NCBI GenBank assembly: GCA_947085095.1
Contig: CAMTVD010000035.1
Location: 1 to 64,000, forward strand
Length of the DNA: 64,000 nucleotides
Direction of reading: 5' to 3'
Origin: an uncultured Thermus sp.
GTDB taxonomy: Bacteria > Deinococcota > Deinococci > Deinococcales > Thermaceae
The translations under genes were made by a program, and so were the position numbers. The stretch's first letter is position 1, and the number at the start of each line of letters is the position of its first letter. Below the pieces are notes generated by a model. The model was not told the origin of the DNA. It saw nothing but the letters and a program-made list of their open reading frames with translations, and made no database searches. Of this stretch, positions 30,221-47,279 are shown one piece after another.

Positions 30221-31007
30221 GCTTCCCGAGGTGGAGACCACCCGGAGGCAGCTCATCCCCCTCCTTCAGGGAAAGCGCCTCCTCGAGGTCCGCCACCAGG
30301 ACCCCCTCCGCTACCGCCACACGCAAAGGGCAGCGGGGCAGGTGGTGGAGGGGGTGGAAAGGCGGGGGAAGTTCCTCCTCTTTGGGCTTTCCGGGGGCCT
30401 AGAGATGGTGGTCCACCTGGGGATGACCGGGGGCTTCCGCCTGGAGAAGACCCCCCACACCCGGGCCGAGTTCCTCCTCCCCGACGGCGCCCTTTACTTC
30501 CACGACCCAAGGCGCTTTGGGCGCATCCTGGTGGTGGAGCGGGGGGATTACCGGGAAGTCCCCCTCCTAAGGCGCCTGGGCCCTGAGCCCCTTTCTGGGG
30601 CCTTCCGCTTCGAGCCCTTCTTCCTGGGCCTAAGGCGAAGCCCAAAACCCCTCAAGGCCCTCCTCCTGGACCAGACCCTGGCCGCGGGGGTGGGGAACAT
30701 CTACGCGGACGAGGCCCTCTTCCGAGCCCGCCTAAGCCCCTTCCGCCGGGGCCAAGGGGTTTCCGAGGAGGAGGCTTTGAGGCTCTTCCGGGCCCTCCAG
30801 GCGGTCCTCGCCGAGGCCGTCGCCCTTGGGGGAAGCACCCTCTCCGACCGCACCTACCAGCAGCCCGATGGCCTCCCCGGCGGCTACCAGGAGCGCCACG
30901 GGGTCTATGGGCGGGGGGGCCTCCCCTGCCTCCGGTGCGGCACCCCCATCGCCAAGGGGGTGGTGGCGGGCCGGGGGACCCACTACTGCCCCCGGTGCCA
31001 GCACTAG
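30213..31007 (+). CDS. mutM: Formamidopyrimidine-DNA glycosylase
   Basis: PELPEVET, RRGK, HLGMTG, GNIYADE, C-terminal zinc finger. Confidence 0.96.
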   Translation: MPELPEVETTRRQLIPLLQGKRLLEVRHQDPLRYRHTQRAAGQVVEGVERRGKFLLFGLSGGLEMVVHLGMTGGFRLEKTPHTRAEFLLPDGALYFHDPRRFGRILVVERGDYREVPLLRRLGPEPLSGAFRFEPFFLGLRRSPKPLKALLLDQTLAAGVGNIYADEALFRARLSPFRRGQGVSEEEALRLFRALQAVLAEAVALGGSTLSDRTYQQPDGLPGGYQERHGVYGRGGLPCLRCGTPIAKGVVAGRGTHYCPRCQH

Positions 31008-32491
31008 CCGACCCGCCCCCGGCCCCGGTCCAGGAGGTAGAAGAGGAGGGCGGAAAGGAGGGCCAGGAGGGCGGCCAGGGCTAGGGCCTCCTGGTAGGGC
31101 CCCTCCCCGGGCCTTCCTAAGCGCTCGTAGATGGCCAGGGTCAGGGTGGTCCACTCGGGCCGCCAGAGGACGAGGCTCGCCCCAAACTCCCCTAGGATGG
31201 CGGAAAGGGCCAGGGCGCTCCCCGAGGCCAGGGCCGGGAGAAGGAGGGGAAGCTCCACCCTCAGGAAGGCCCTAAGGGGAGTGGCCCCTAAGACCCGGGC
31301 CGCCTCGAGGAGGCTTGGGGGAAGGCTCCTCAGGGCGGGGAGGAGGACCCGGGCCACCAGGGGATAGGCCAGGAGGGCGTAGGCGGCAAGGAGTAGGGCC
31401 AAAGACCCCCTCAAGGAGGGGTAGGCCAGGAGGTAGCCCAGGCCCACGGCCACCGGGCTCACCATAAGGGGGAAGAGCCCCAGAAGGTCCAGGGCCCCCC
31501 TCTTCCGCGCCGCCACCCCGTAGGCCACCCCCAGGGGCAGGGCCAGGAGGAAGGCTAAGAAGGCGAAGCGGAGGCTGTTCCCCAGGGCCAGGGGCAGGGG
31601 GGTGAAGTCCTCGGAAGCCCAGGCCCGGGCCAGGGCCCTTAGGTCCATCTCCAGGAAGAGGGCGAGGAGAGGGGCGAAGAGGAGGAGGAAAAGGAGAAAA
31701 AGCCCCAAGGTGAGGGCCCAGGGCCGCCCGCTGGGGAGGAGGCCGCCCGGGGGGAGGGGGTAGGAGGGGATCCTGAGGTAGAGGAAAGCGGCCAGGCCCA
31801 GGGTAAGGAACTGCAGAAGCATCAGGGCACTGGCCTCGGGGAAGGCCAGGCGGTGGGCCAGGAGGGTGTAGACCTCCACCTCCAGGGTGGCGTACCGCCC
31901 ACCCCCCAAAAGGAGGGGGACGCCAAAGGCGGAAAAAGCGTAGATGAAGATGAGGAGCCCCGCCGAGCCCAAAGCGGGGAGAAGGAGGGGAAGCCCCACC
32001 CTCAGGAAGGCCCGAAAGGGGCTCGCCCCCAGGACCCTGGCCGCCCGCAGGGGGCCCTCGAGGCGGAGGGCCACGGGAAGGAGGATGCGGAGGGCAAGCC
32101 CCAGGTTGTAGAAAACCGCCGCCAGGAGGAGGAGGGCCAGGGTGCCGTAGAGGTCCACCCCCAGAACCCCCCTGGGCCCGAGGAGGGCCATAAAGCCCAG
32201 GGCCACCACCGGGGTGGGGAGGACGAAGGGCAGGGTGCTCCAGGCGAGGAGGGCCTCCCGGAAGGGGAAGCGCCGGCGGAAAAGGAAGGCCAGGGGCAGG
32301 GCCAAAAGCAGGGTGAGGAGGGCGGAAAGGAGGCCGTACTGGAGGCTGAAGAGGTAGCGGCCCAGGTAGTAGGGGTTCCCCAGGGCCTGGGCGAACCCCT
32401 CCCCCACCCCCAGGAGGAGGATGCGCCAAAGGGGGTAGAAGAGGGCGAAGCCCAGGAAGAGGAGAAGAAGCCCCCCAGCGAGGCGGACCAC
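31004..32491 (-). CDS. thiP: Thiamine ABC transporter permease
   Basis: Two EAA-type loops (AARVLGA), GEFGA; downstream of the thiamine-binding protein. Confidence 0.8.
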   Translation of the reverse strand: MVRLAGGLLLLFLGFALFYPLWRILLLGVGEGFAQALGNPYYLGRYLFSLQYGLLSALLTLLLALPLAFLFRRRFPFREALLAWSTLPFVLPTPVVALGFMALLGPRGVLGVDLYGTLALLLLAAVFYNLGLALRILLPVALRLEGPLRAARVLGASPFRAFLRVGLPLLLPALGSAGLLIFIYAFSAFGVPLLLGGGRYATLEVEVYTLLAHRLAFPEASALMLLQFLTLGLAAFLYLRIPSYPLPPGGLLPSGRPWALTLGLFLLFLLLFAPLLALFLEMDLRALARAWASEDFTPLPLALGNSLRFAFLAFLLALPLGVAYGVAARKRGALDLLGLFPLMVSPVAVGLGYLLAYPSLRGSLALLLAAYALLAYPLVARVLLPALRSLPPSLLEAARVLGATPLRAFLRVELPLLLPALASGSALALSAILGEFGASLVLWRPEWTTLTLAIYERLGRPGEGPYQEALALAALLALLSALLFYLLDRGRGRVG

Positions 32492-32500
32492 ACCCCTACC

Positions 32501-33535
32501 CTACCGCCTGGCCCGCCGCACCGCCTCGGGGCTTTGTCCCTGGAGGACCACCTTGGTCCACTCCTCTATCCAGCGCTCCCGGTTCTTGGCCATCACCCCG
32601 GGGTCCAGGCGCGCGCTCCCTATGGGCTCGGGGGCGAAGCGGAAGACCTCGGGAAGCTTGGCGTCCCGCCTGGCGGGGTACATCCACATCTCCGTGGGCA
32701 GGTTCTCCTGCACCGGGCGGGAGAGGAACCAGTCCACCACCTTTCTGGCCCCTTCCAGGTTCTTGGTCCCCTTCAGGATGCCCACGAACTCCACCTGGAA
32801 GAAGCTGAGCTCGGGGAAGAGGTTCCCCGTGGGAGGCTCCTGGTACTTACCCTCGGAGTAGTAGACCTCCGCCGCCGGGGAGGTGGTGTAGGAGACCACC
32901 AGGGGCCGGTCCCCCTTGTAGAGGGTGAAGTGGGTGTAGTAGGCCTCGCTCCAGCCCTTGGCCACCCGCACCCCCCCGTCCCTCAGGGCGGCCCAGAAGT
33001 CCAGGTAGCCGTCCTCGCCGAAGTGGGCCACGGTGGCCATGAGGAAGGCCAGGCCCGGGGAGCTGGTGGCGGGGTTCTGGACCACGAGAAGCCTGGCGTA
33101 CTCGGGGCGGGCCAGGTCCTTTGGGGTCTTGGGCAGGGGGCGGTCCTTGAAGTAGGCCTTGTCGTAGTTGAGGCTCACCCAGCCGTAGTCCACGGGGAGG
33201 GCGCGGAAGGTGGGGTCTAAAAGCAGGGTGGCCTTCAGGTTCCGGATCTCCGGGCTCCGGTAGGGGAGGAGGATGTCCGCCTCGAGGGCCCGGGAGAGGA
33301 AGGTGTTGTCAAAGCCGTAGATGACGTCGGCGATGGGGGCCCCTTTGGTGAGGATGGCCCGGTTCAGGGTCTCCCCTGCATCCCCCCCCTTGAGGAAGCG
33401 GAGCCTAAGGCCCGTCTCCCGCTCAAACTGGGCGATCAGGGCCTTGTCCAGGGAGAAGCTTGCGTGGGTGAGGACGGTAACCTCCTGAGCCAGTCCAAAA
33501 GCCAAGAGGACGAGAAGCGCCAAGGTTCTAACCAT
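32501..33535 (-). CDS. thiB: Thiamine ABC transporter substrate-binding protein
   Basis: Signal peptide, THASF, PATSSPG, WSEAY, SYTTSPA; under a TPP riboswitch. Confidence 0.88.
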   Translation of the reverse strand: MVRTLALLVLLAFGLAQEVTVLTHASFSLDKALIAQFERETGLRLRFLKGGDAGETLNRAILTKGAPIADVIYGFDNTFLSRALEADILLPYRSPEIRNLKATLLLDPTFRALPVDYGWVSLNYDKAYFKDRPLPKTPKDLARPEYARLLVVQNPATSSPGLAFLMATVAHFGEDGYLDFWAALRDGGVRVAKGWSEAYYTHFTLYKGDRPLVVSYTTSPAAEVYYSEGKYQEPPTGNLFPELSFFQVEFVGILKGTKNLEGARKVVDWFLSRPVQENLPTEMWMYPARRDAKLPEVFRFAPEPIGSARLDPGVMAKNRERWIEEWTKVVLQGQSPEAVRRARR

Positions 33536-33568
33536 AAAACCCCTCCTTTGTCACCGGGAGGGGCCTCG

Positions 33569-33646
33569 GTCACCTTCCCTACGCCGGCATTACCCGGATC
33601 AGGTTCCAAGGGTATCTCTCAGCCCCTTAGGGGCACCCCCGGTGAC
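33569..33646 (-). ncRNA. TPP riboswitch aptamer
   Basis: Minus strand GGGGTGC..GGCTGAGAGATACCCTTGGAACCTGATCCGGGTAATGCCGGCGTAGGGAA, closed by a GTCACC/GGTGAC P1 helix. Confidence 0.95.
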
Positions 33647-33655
33647 ACCCCCAGT

Positions 33656-34504
33656 TTACCCTTCCCGGGACACCAGGAGAACCCCCAGGGCTTCCCGCAA
33701 GGCCCCGGCGAAGGCCTCGGGCTCATCTATCCAGGGGAAATGCCCCGCCCCAGGGACCACCCGGATGGAAGCCTTGAGGCGTTCCGCCACCTCTTCGGCG
33801 TAGGGGTAGCTGGTGCCGTCCCTCTCCCCCACCACCACGGCCACGGGCCTCCGGCTGGGAAGGAGGTAGGGGGTGTAGTCCAGGCGCCAGAGGCCGTTTC
33901 TCAGGAAGACCCGGGCCGGGGCGTCCGGACCCAGGATCCCCGAGCCCTCCACCACCCACTCGTACTCCAGACGGCCCCTGGGGCTTGGGAACATGAGGCG
34001 GTCAAAGAGGAGCTTGGGCTCGGCCCTTTCCAGGGCGGCCCGGAGGTTTGCCTCAGGGTCCTCTAAGGGGGTTAGACCAGCGGCCTCCGCCAGCCTAGCG
34101 GCAAGCCAGGGGAAGCTCACCCAAGGGGAAAGGAGGATGGCCCCCTCCGCCCCGGAGTAGCGGCGGAGCACCTCCAGGGCCACCACCGCCCCGAAGCCGT
34201 GGGCCAGGAGGGCGAAGCGCTCCAACCCCAGGGCCTCGGCCAGGAGGAGGGTGTCCTCCGCCAGGGCGTCTAGGGTGAAGAGCCTCGGGTCCTCGGGGAG
34301 TTCCAGGCTCCGTCCCGAGCCCCGCTGGTCAAAGTAGACGACGCGGAAGTCCTCCAGGTACTCCCCAAGGCCCTCGCGGAGGGCGTAGGCGTTCCCCCCC
34401 GGGCCGCCGTGGAGGACGAAAAGGGCGGGGGCGTGGGGGTCCCCCACGTCCTCCACGTAAAGCTCCGCCTCCCCTACGGGGATGTAGCCGATTTCTTCCC
34501 GCAT
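33656..34504 (-). CDS. Alpha/beta hydrolase (proline iminopeptidase-related)
   Basis: LHGGPGG, DQRGSGRS, AHGFG (nucleophile Ser position is Gly), AGHFPW. Confidence 0.82.
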   Translation of the reverse strand: MREEIGYIPVGEAELYVEDVGDPHAPALFVLHGGPGGNAYALREGLGEYLEDFRVVYFDQRGSGRSLELPEDPRLFTLDALAEDTLLLAEALGLERFALLAHGFGAVVALEVLRRYSGAEGAILLSPWVSFPWLAARLAEAAGLTPLEDPEANLRAALERAEPKLLFDRLMFPSPRGRLEYEWVVEGSGILGPDAPARVFLRNGLWRLDYTPYLLPSRRPVAVVVGERDGTSYPYAEEVAERLKASIRVVPGAGHFPWIDEPEAFAGALREALGVLLVSREG

Positions 34505-34713
34505 CCCCTATAGACTACCCCATCCTGGAAGCGGAAAGCCCAAACCCTAGCCCCGGGAACCTCCTTGGCCCTATTCACCGCTTCCTCCGAGGCTCCGAAG
34601 ACCTGAAGGAGGAAGACCCCCTCCCCCTCCAAAAGCCAGAAGGGGTGGGGAAGCTCCTGGGCCAGGGCCTTTAGGGTCTCCAGGTCCTTGCCCTCCACGA
34701 AAAGCACCCTCAT
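34474..34713 (-). CDS. Small hypothetical protein
   Basis: MRVLFVEGKD... ATGA-coupled to the upstream aldolase gene. Confidence 0.6.
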   Translation of the reverse strand: MRVLFVEGKDLETLKALAQELPHPFWLLEGEGVFLLQVFGASEEAVNRAKEVPGARVWAFRFQDGVVYRGCGKKSATSP

Positions 34714-35288
34714 CCTAGCCTCCAGAGGCGTTCGTAAAGGAGGATCTCGGCGCTCTCCTCCAGGGTGGTCATGAGGCTGTAGGCCTCCAGAAGGGCCTCC
34801 TCGGGTTTTTCCTTTCCGCCCCAGGCGAAGGCCCCGTGCCCCTTGAGGAGGCAGACCCGGTGGGCCTTTAGGGCCTCGGCCACGGCCAGGGCCGCCTCCT
34901 CCGTGGCCGAGACCGTCTTGGGGGAGAGGACGGGCACCTCCTTCAGGTAGAACCGGCCCTCGAGGTCCAAGGGGACAAGGCGCTCCAGGTGAAGGGAGAG
35001 GGCCACCGCCACCCGGGGATGGGCGTGGACCAGGGCCCGGGCCGGGGTCTTTAGGTAAACCTCCCGGTGGATGACGCTCTCCACGCTGGCCCCTTCCGGG
35101 ATGGGGCCCTCTAGGGGCACCTCCACCAGGTCCTCCGGGGTGAGGTGGGCCTTCTGCACCCCGCTTCGGGTGATGAGAAACCCCTCCTTGGTGCGCACGG
35201 AGAAGTTGCCCGCCGTGGCGGAGATGAGGCCCTGGTGGAAAAGGTCCTCCCCCACCTGGCGGAAGGCGGAAAAGACTCTGGCCAGCAT
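34710..35288 (-). CDS. Class II aldolase/adducin family protein
   Basis: GNFSVR, ITRSG, SVE..IH, HAH, LKGHG. Confidence 0.88.
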   Translation of the reverse strand: MLARVFSAFRQVGEDLFHQGLISATAGNFSVRTKEGFLITRSGVQKAHLTPEDLVEVPLEGPIPEGASVESVIHREVYLKTPARALVHAHPRVAVALSLHLERLVPLDLEGRFYLKEVPVLSPKTVSATEEAALAVAEALKAHRVCLLKGHGAFAWGGKEKPEEALLEAYSLMTTLEESAEILLYERLWRLG

Positions 35289-35298
35289 TTTTCCCCTT

Positions 35299-35337
35299 AG
35301 AAGATCCCGCCGAGGCCAAAGCCTCGGCGGGATCTTC

Positions 35338-35338
<1 letters not shown>
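35299..35338 (-). terminator. 18-bp hairpin directly after the rpoC stop
   Basis: AGAAGATCCCGCCGAGGC-CAAA-GCCTCGGCGGGATCTTCT. Confidence 0.7.
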
Positions 35339-39912
<4,574 letters not shown>

Positions 39913-39939
39913 CTTTCCTCCAGCTTGCGAATCTCTGGC

Positions 39940-43299
<3,360 letters not shown>

Positions 43300-43476
43300 G
43301 CGTCACCTCTAAGGGAAAGCGGGCCGCCCGAGGTAAGCTAACAGGGTTCTTCCGCAAGGGGTCCCCCTTGCGGCGGCTGGCTCTTACCGTGCTCCCTTGG
43401 CCCGACCAAAGAGCACAAACCTTAGCCTATATGGCTCTGCCTCGTCCCGTCAAGCCCAACGCCGAAAACCCCTCTC

Positions 43477-44115
43477 CTAGCGCTCCACCTCCACCTTGAT
43501 TTTATAGTTGCCCCGCCGGGTCTCGCCAAGGACCTCTAAAAGCCTCAGGCTCCCGAGGCCCTCGGCCAAAAGGACATCCCCAGGGGCCATCTCCTCCTTG
43601 GGGGAGGCCACCTTGCCCTTGAGGCGCACCTTCCCCGCCTTCACGCCTTGGACGAAGTAGGTGCGGGAAACGCCGAAGCCCTTGGCCCCCACGGCGTCCA
43701 CCCTGAGGGAGGGGACCACCAGGGTACGCACCCTCTCCTTAGAGGGCCTCAGGGCCCCTTCGGGAGGGGGAAGGAGGGCAAGGCCTGCCCCCTCCAAAGC
43801 CTTCCTCCCCTGGGGCAGAAGGGCCACCAGGAAGCCCTCCTCATAAGGCTCCACATCCCCCAGGGCCTCCCCCAGGTCAGGGGGCTCCTTTTCCACGTAG
43901 AAGACCTCCACGGGGTCGTGGACCGAGGGGATTTCCGGCGGGTACAGCACGGCCACTTTCCGCTCCGCCAGGGCAAAGCCCCCGAAGAAGGCCACCTTGA
44001 GGCCCTCCTTCTGGGCCAGGCCTTCCAGCTCCGCCTGCTCCTCCGGGGAGAGGAAGCCCGTCTGCACCACCCGGCCGCCCCGGGCCCGCTTGAAGTAGGC
44101 CAGTAGGTCCGCCAT
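43477..44115 (-). CDS. YlmH-like S4-domain RNA-binding protein
   Basis: TGFLSP, FFGG..AERK, SLRVDAV..GF..SR S4 motif. Confidence 0.75.
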   Translation of the reverse strand: MADLLAYFKRARGGRVVQTGFLSPEEQAELEGLAQKEGLKVAFFGGFALAERKVAVLYPPEIPSVHDPVEVFYVEKEPPDLGEALGDVEPYEEGFLVALLPQGRKALEGAGLALLPPPEGALRPSKERVRTLVVPSLRVDAVGAKGFGVSRTYFVQGVKAGKVRLKGKVASPKEEMAPGDVLLAEGLGSLRLLEVLGETRRGNYKIKVEVER

Positions 44116-44540
44116 CACCCTTCCCTAAGGGCGAAGCTCAGCGTGGCCCTGGCCCTTTCCTCCCCTTCCACCAAGGCCCGCACGGCCACCTTGCCCAAGC
44201 CCCTCCGGAAGAAGAGGAGCTCCCCCTCCAGAATCAGGGTGTCCCCGGGAACCACGGGCTTCTTGAAGCGGGCCTCCTCCACCCCCACCAGGAAAACCAG
44301 ACCCCCCGGGGCCACCCCCGGCTGGCGGGCCAGGGTGCCCACCGCCGCCTGGGCCATGGCCTCCAGGATCAAGACCCCCGGCATGATGGGGTAGCCGGGG
44401 AAGTGCCCCTGGAAGTGGGGCTCGTTGAAGGTGACGTTCTTTAGGGCGCGGAAGCGCTTCTCGTCCGCCTCGAGGACCCGGTCAATGAGGAGGAAGGGGT
44501 AGCGGTGGGGAAGGAGGTTGAGGATCTCCCCGATCTCCAC
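44115..44540 (-). CDS. fabZ: 3-hydroxyacyl-ACP dehydratase
   Basis: LPHRYPFLLIDRV, GHFP..PIMPGVL..EAMAQ. Confidence 0.96.
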   Translation of the reverse strand: MEIGEILNLLPHRYPFLLIDRVLEADEKRFRALKNVTFNEPHFQGHFPGYPIMPGVLILEAMAQAAVGTLARQPGVAPGGLVFLVGVEEARFKKPVVPGDTLILEGELLFFRRGLGKVAVRALVEGEERARATLSFALREG

Positions 44541-44544
44541 GGCC

Positions 44545-45576
44545 TCACCTCTTCAGGACATCGTCCGAGGAGAGGATGGTGTCCTCCAGGACGTGGAGCA
44601 TCTCCAGGGCCTTGCCCGTGCCCAGGGCCACCGCCTCAACGGGGTTCTCCGCCACCACCACCGGCACCCCCGTGGCCTCCTGCAGGGCGATGTCCAGGTT
44701 CCGGAGGAGGGCCCCGCCCCCGGTGAGGAGGATGCCCCGCTCGTAGATGTCCGAGGCCAGCTCCGGGGGCGTAGTCTCCAGGACCGACTTCACCCCCTGG
44801 AAGATCTTGTCCAGGGGCTCCTTCAGGGCCTCGGCCACGTCCTCCGCGGGGATCTCGGCGGTGCGGGGAAGGCCGGTGAGGAGGTCCCGACCCCGCACCT
44901 CCGCCACCTCCCTCTCCTCCCCGGGCAGGATCTTGGCCCGGCCCAGCTGGATCTTGAGCTCCTCGGCGGTGCGCTCCCCGATGAGGAGGTTGTGCTTCTG
45001 GCGGATGTAGCGGATGATGGCCTGGTCCATCTCGTTGCCCGCGATCCTCAGGCTCTCCGAGCGCACAATCCCCCCCAAGGAGATGACGGCGATGTCGGTG
45101 GAGCCGCCCCCGATATCCACCACCATGCTCCCCGTGGGCTCGGCCACGTGGATCCCCGCCCCGATGGCCGCGGCCAGGGGCTCCTCTATGAGGTAGACCT
45201 TTTGCGCCCAAGCGGAAACCGCCTGCACCACCGCCCGCCTCTCCACGTCCGTGACCCCGGAAGGCACCCCCACCATAACCCGGGGCTTGAAGAAGCGGCT
45301 TAAGGGGGAGAGGACCTTCTGCAGGAAGAGGATGAGCATGCGCTCGGTGAGGGCGTAGTCGGCGATGACCCCGTCCTTAAGGGGCCGCACGGCCACGATG
45401 TTGCCGGGGGTGCGGCCCAGCATGCGGTAAGCCTCGGCCCCCACCGCCTTCACCTCCTTTTTGCCCTGCACCACGGCGATCACCGAGGGCTCCCGCAGAA
45501 CGATGCCCTTCCCCCGCACGTAAATGAGGACGCTGGCCGTCCCCAGGTCAATCCCGATGTCCTCGCCTTTAAGCAT
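44545..45576 (-). CDS. mreB: Rod shape-determining protein
   Basis: IGIDLGTA, EEPLAAAIGAG, VDIGGG, LTGGGA. Confidence 0.93.
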   Translation of the reverse strand: MLKGEDIGIDLGTASVLIYVRGKGIVLREPSVIAVVQGKKEVKAVGAEAYRMLGRTPGNIVAVRPLKDGVIADYALTERMLILFLQKVLSPLSRFFKPRVMVGVPSGVTDVERRAVVQAVSAWAQKVYLIEEPLAAAIGAGIHVAEPTGSMVVDIGGGSTDIAVISLGGIVRSESLRIAGNEMDQAIIRYIRQKHNLLIGERTAEELKIQLGRAKILPGEEREVAEVRGRDLLTGLPRTAEIPAEDVAEALKEPLDKIFQGVKSVLETTPPELASDIYERGILLTGGGALLRNLDIALQEATGVPVVVAENPVEAVALGTGKALEMLHVLEDTILSSDDVLKR

Positions 45577-45587
45577 ATCGCCTCACT

Positions 45588-47279
45588 TCACCTAGCGTAC
45601 TCCACCACCCGGGTTTCCCGCACCACGGTCACCTGCACCTGGCCGGGGTAGTTCATCTCCCGCTCAATGCGGCCCGCGATCTCCCGGGCCAGGAGGGTGG
45701 CCTTGGCGTCGGTGATCCTGTCGGGCTTGACGATGACCCGGACCTCCCGGCCCGCCTGGACGGCGAAGGCCGTCTCCACCCCGGGAAAGGAAAGAGCGAT
45801 GCGCTCCAGGGCCTCGAGGCGCTGCAAATACTCCTCCAGGCTCTCCCTTCTGGCCCCGGGCCGGGCGGCGGAGAGGGCATCGGCGGCGGCCACCAGGACG
45901 GCGTAGACGGTCTCGGCGTTCTCCGGGTCGTGGTGGTGGGCGATCCCGTCTATGACCTCATGGGGCTCGCCGAAGCGGCGGGCGAGGGCGATGCCGATCT
46001 CCACGTGGCTTCCCTCCACCTCCCGGTCCACGCTCTTGCCGATGTCGTGGAGAAGCCCCGCCCTGCGGGCGAGCCCGGCGTCCAGACCCAGCTCCGCGGC
46101 CATGATCCCGGTGAGGTGGGCCACCTGGACCGAGTGCTTGAGGACGTTCTGGCCGTAGCTGGAGCGGAAGTGGAGCCTGCCCAAGAGTTGCACCAAGCCC
46201 GGCTTCAGGCCCACCACCCCGGCCTCGAGGGCCGCCTCCTCCCCCCTTTCGTAGATGAAGGTCTTCATCTCCTGCTTGGCCTTCTCCACCACCTCCTCTA
46301 TGCGGCTTGGGTGGATGCGCCCGTCCTTGAGGAGCTCCTCCAGGGCCATGCGGGCGATCTCCCGCCGCACGGGGTTGAAGGAGGAGAGGAGGACCGCCTC
46401 CGGGGTGTCGTCAATGATCAGGTCCACTCCCGTCAGGGCCTCAAAGGTGCGGATGTTCCGCCCCTCCCGGCCGATGATCCGTCCCTTCATGGCGTCTGTG
46501 GGGATGGGGACCACGGAGACCGCCAGCTGGGCCGCCGTCTCCGAGGCCTGGCGCTGCATGGCCTGGGCCAGGATCTTCTGGGCCTCGCGCCTCGCCTCCA
46601 CCCGGGCCCTTTCCAAAGCGGCCCGCACCCGGGCCGCCTTTTCCTCCTCCAGCTCCCGGTCCAGCCTCTCCAGGATGAGCCTCCTGGCCTCCTCCCGGGA
46701 AAGACCCGCCACCTGGTAGAGCCGCTCTTCTATCCCCTTCTCCCGCTCAACCAGTTCGGCTTCCCTGGCCTTCAGGGCCTCCTCGAGGGCGTCCAGCCTG
46801 AGGGCCCGGGCGTCCAGGGCCTCGCCCCTTTTGGAAAGCCTCTCCGCCTCGCGGCGGAGCTCCTCCCGCTCCTCCTTGAGGCGCTCCCGCTCCCCCTTGA
46901 GCTCCTCCCCCAGGGCCTTGAGCCGCTCCCTTTCCGCCCTAACCTCCTCCCGCTCGGCCCTTAGGCGCTCCTCGGCCTCGGCCAGGCGCCTCCCTGCCTC
47001 CTTCTCCAGAGCCTCGGCCCGGGCCCGGGCCTCCCTTTCCACCTCCTGGCGGAGGGCCTCCGCCTCCCTCCGGATGGCCTTGGCCTCCTCCCGGGCGGCC
47101 TCCAGGATCTCCTTGGCCTCCTTGCGGGCGGCCTCCAGGGCCGCCTTGGCCTCTTCCCGCGCCGCCTCGAGGATCTCCCGGGCCTCCCCTCGCGCCTGGT
47201 CCTCTCCCTTACGCCGGAGGAGGAGAGCCCCAAGGAGGACCAGGACCAGCAGCACAAGCACCAGGTCCAGAAGGGTCAT
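45588..47279 (-). CDS. rny: Ribonuclease Y
   Basis: TM anchor, coiled coil, KH domain (KGRIIGREGRNIR), HD domain (LHDIGK). Confidence 0.95.
   Translation of the reverse strand: MTLLDLVLVLLVLVLLGALLLRRKGEDQARGEAREILEAAREEAKAALEAARKEAKEILEAAREEAKAIRREAEALRQEVEREARARAEALEKEAGRRLAEAEERLRAEREEVRAERERLKALGEELKGERERLKEEREELRREAERLSKRGEALDARALRLDALEEALKAREAELVEREKGIEERLYQVAGLSREEARRLILERLDRELEEEKAARVRAALERARVEARREAQKILAQAMQRQASETAAQLAVSVVPIPTDAMKGRIIGREGRNIRTFEALTGVDLIIDDTPEAVLLSSFNPVRREIARMALEELLKDGRIHPSRIEEVVEKAKQEMKTFIYERGEEAALEAGVVGLKPGLVQLLGRLHFRSSYGQNVLKHSVQVAHLTGIMAAELGLDAGLARRAGLLHDIGKSVDREVEGSHVEIGIALARRFGEPHEVIDGIAHHHDPENAETVYAVLVAAADALSAARPGARRESLEEYLQRLEALERIALSFPGVETAFAVQAGREVRVIVKPDRITDAKATLLAREIAGRIEREMNYPGQVQVTVVRETRVVEYAR

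Noticed and set aside
46830..47195. Short imperfect repeats in rny
   Set aside because: They encode the normal coiled-coil region (EAAR.EAK repeats).
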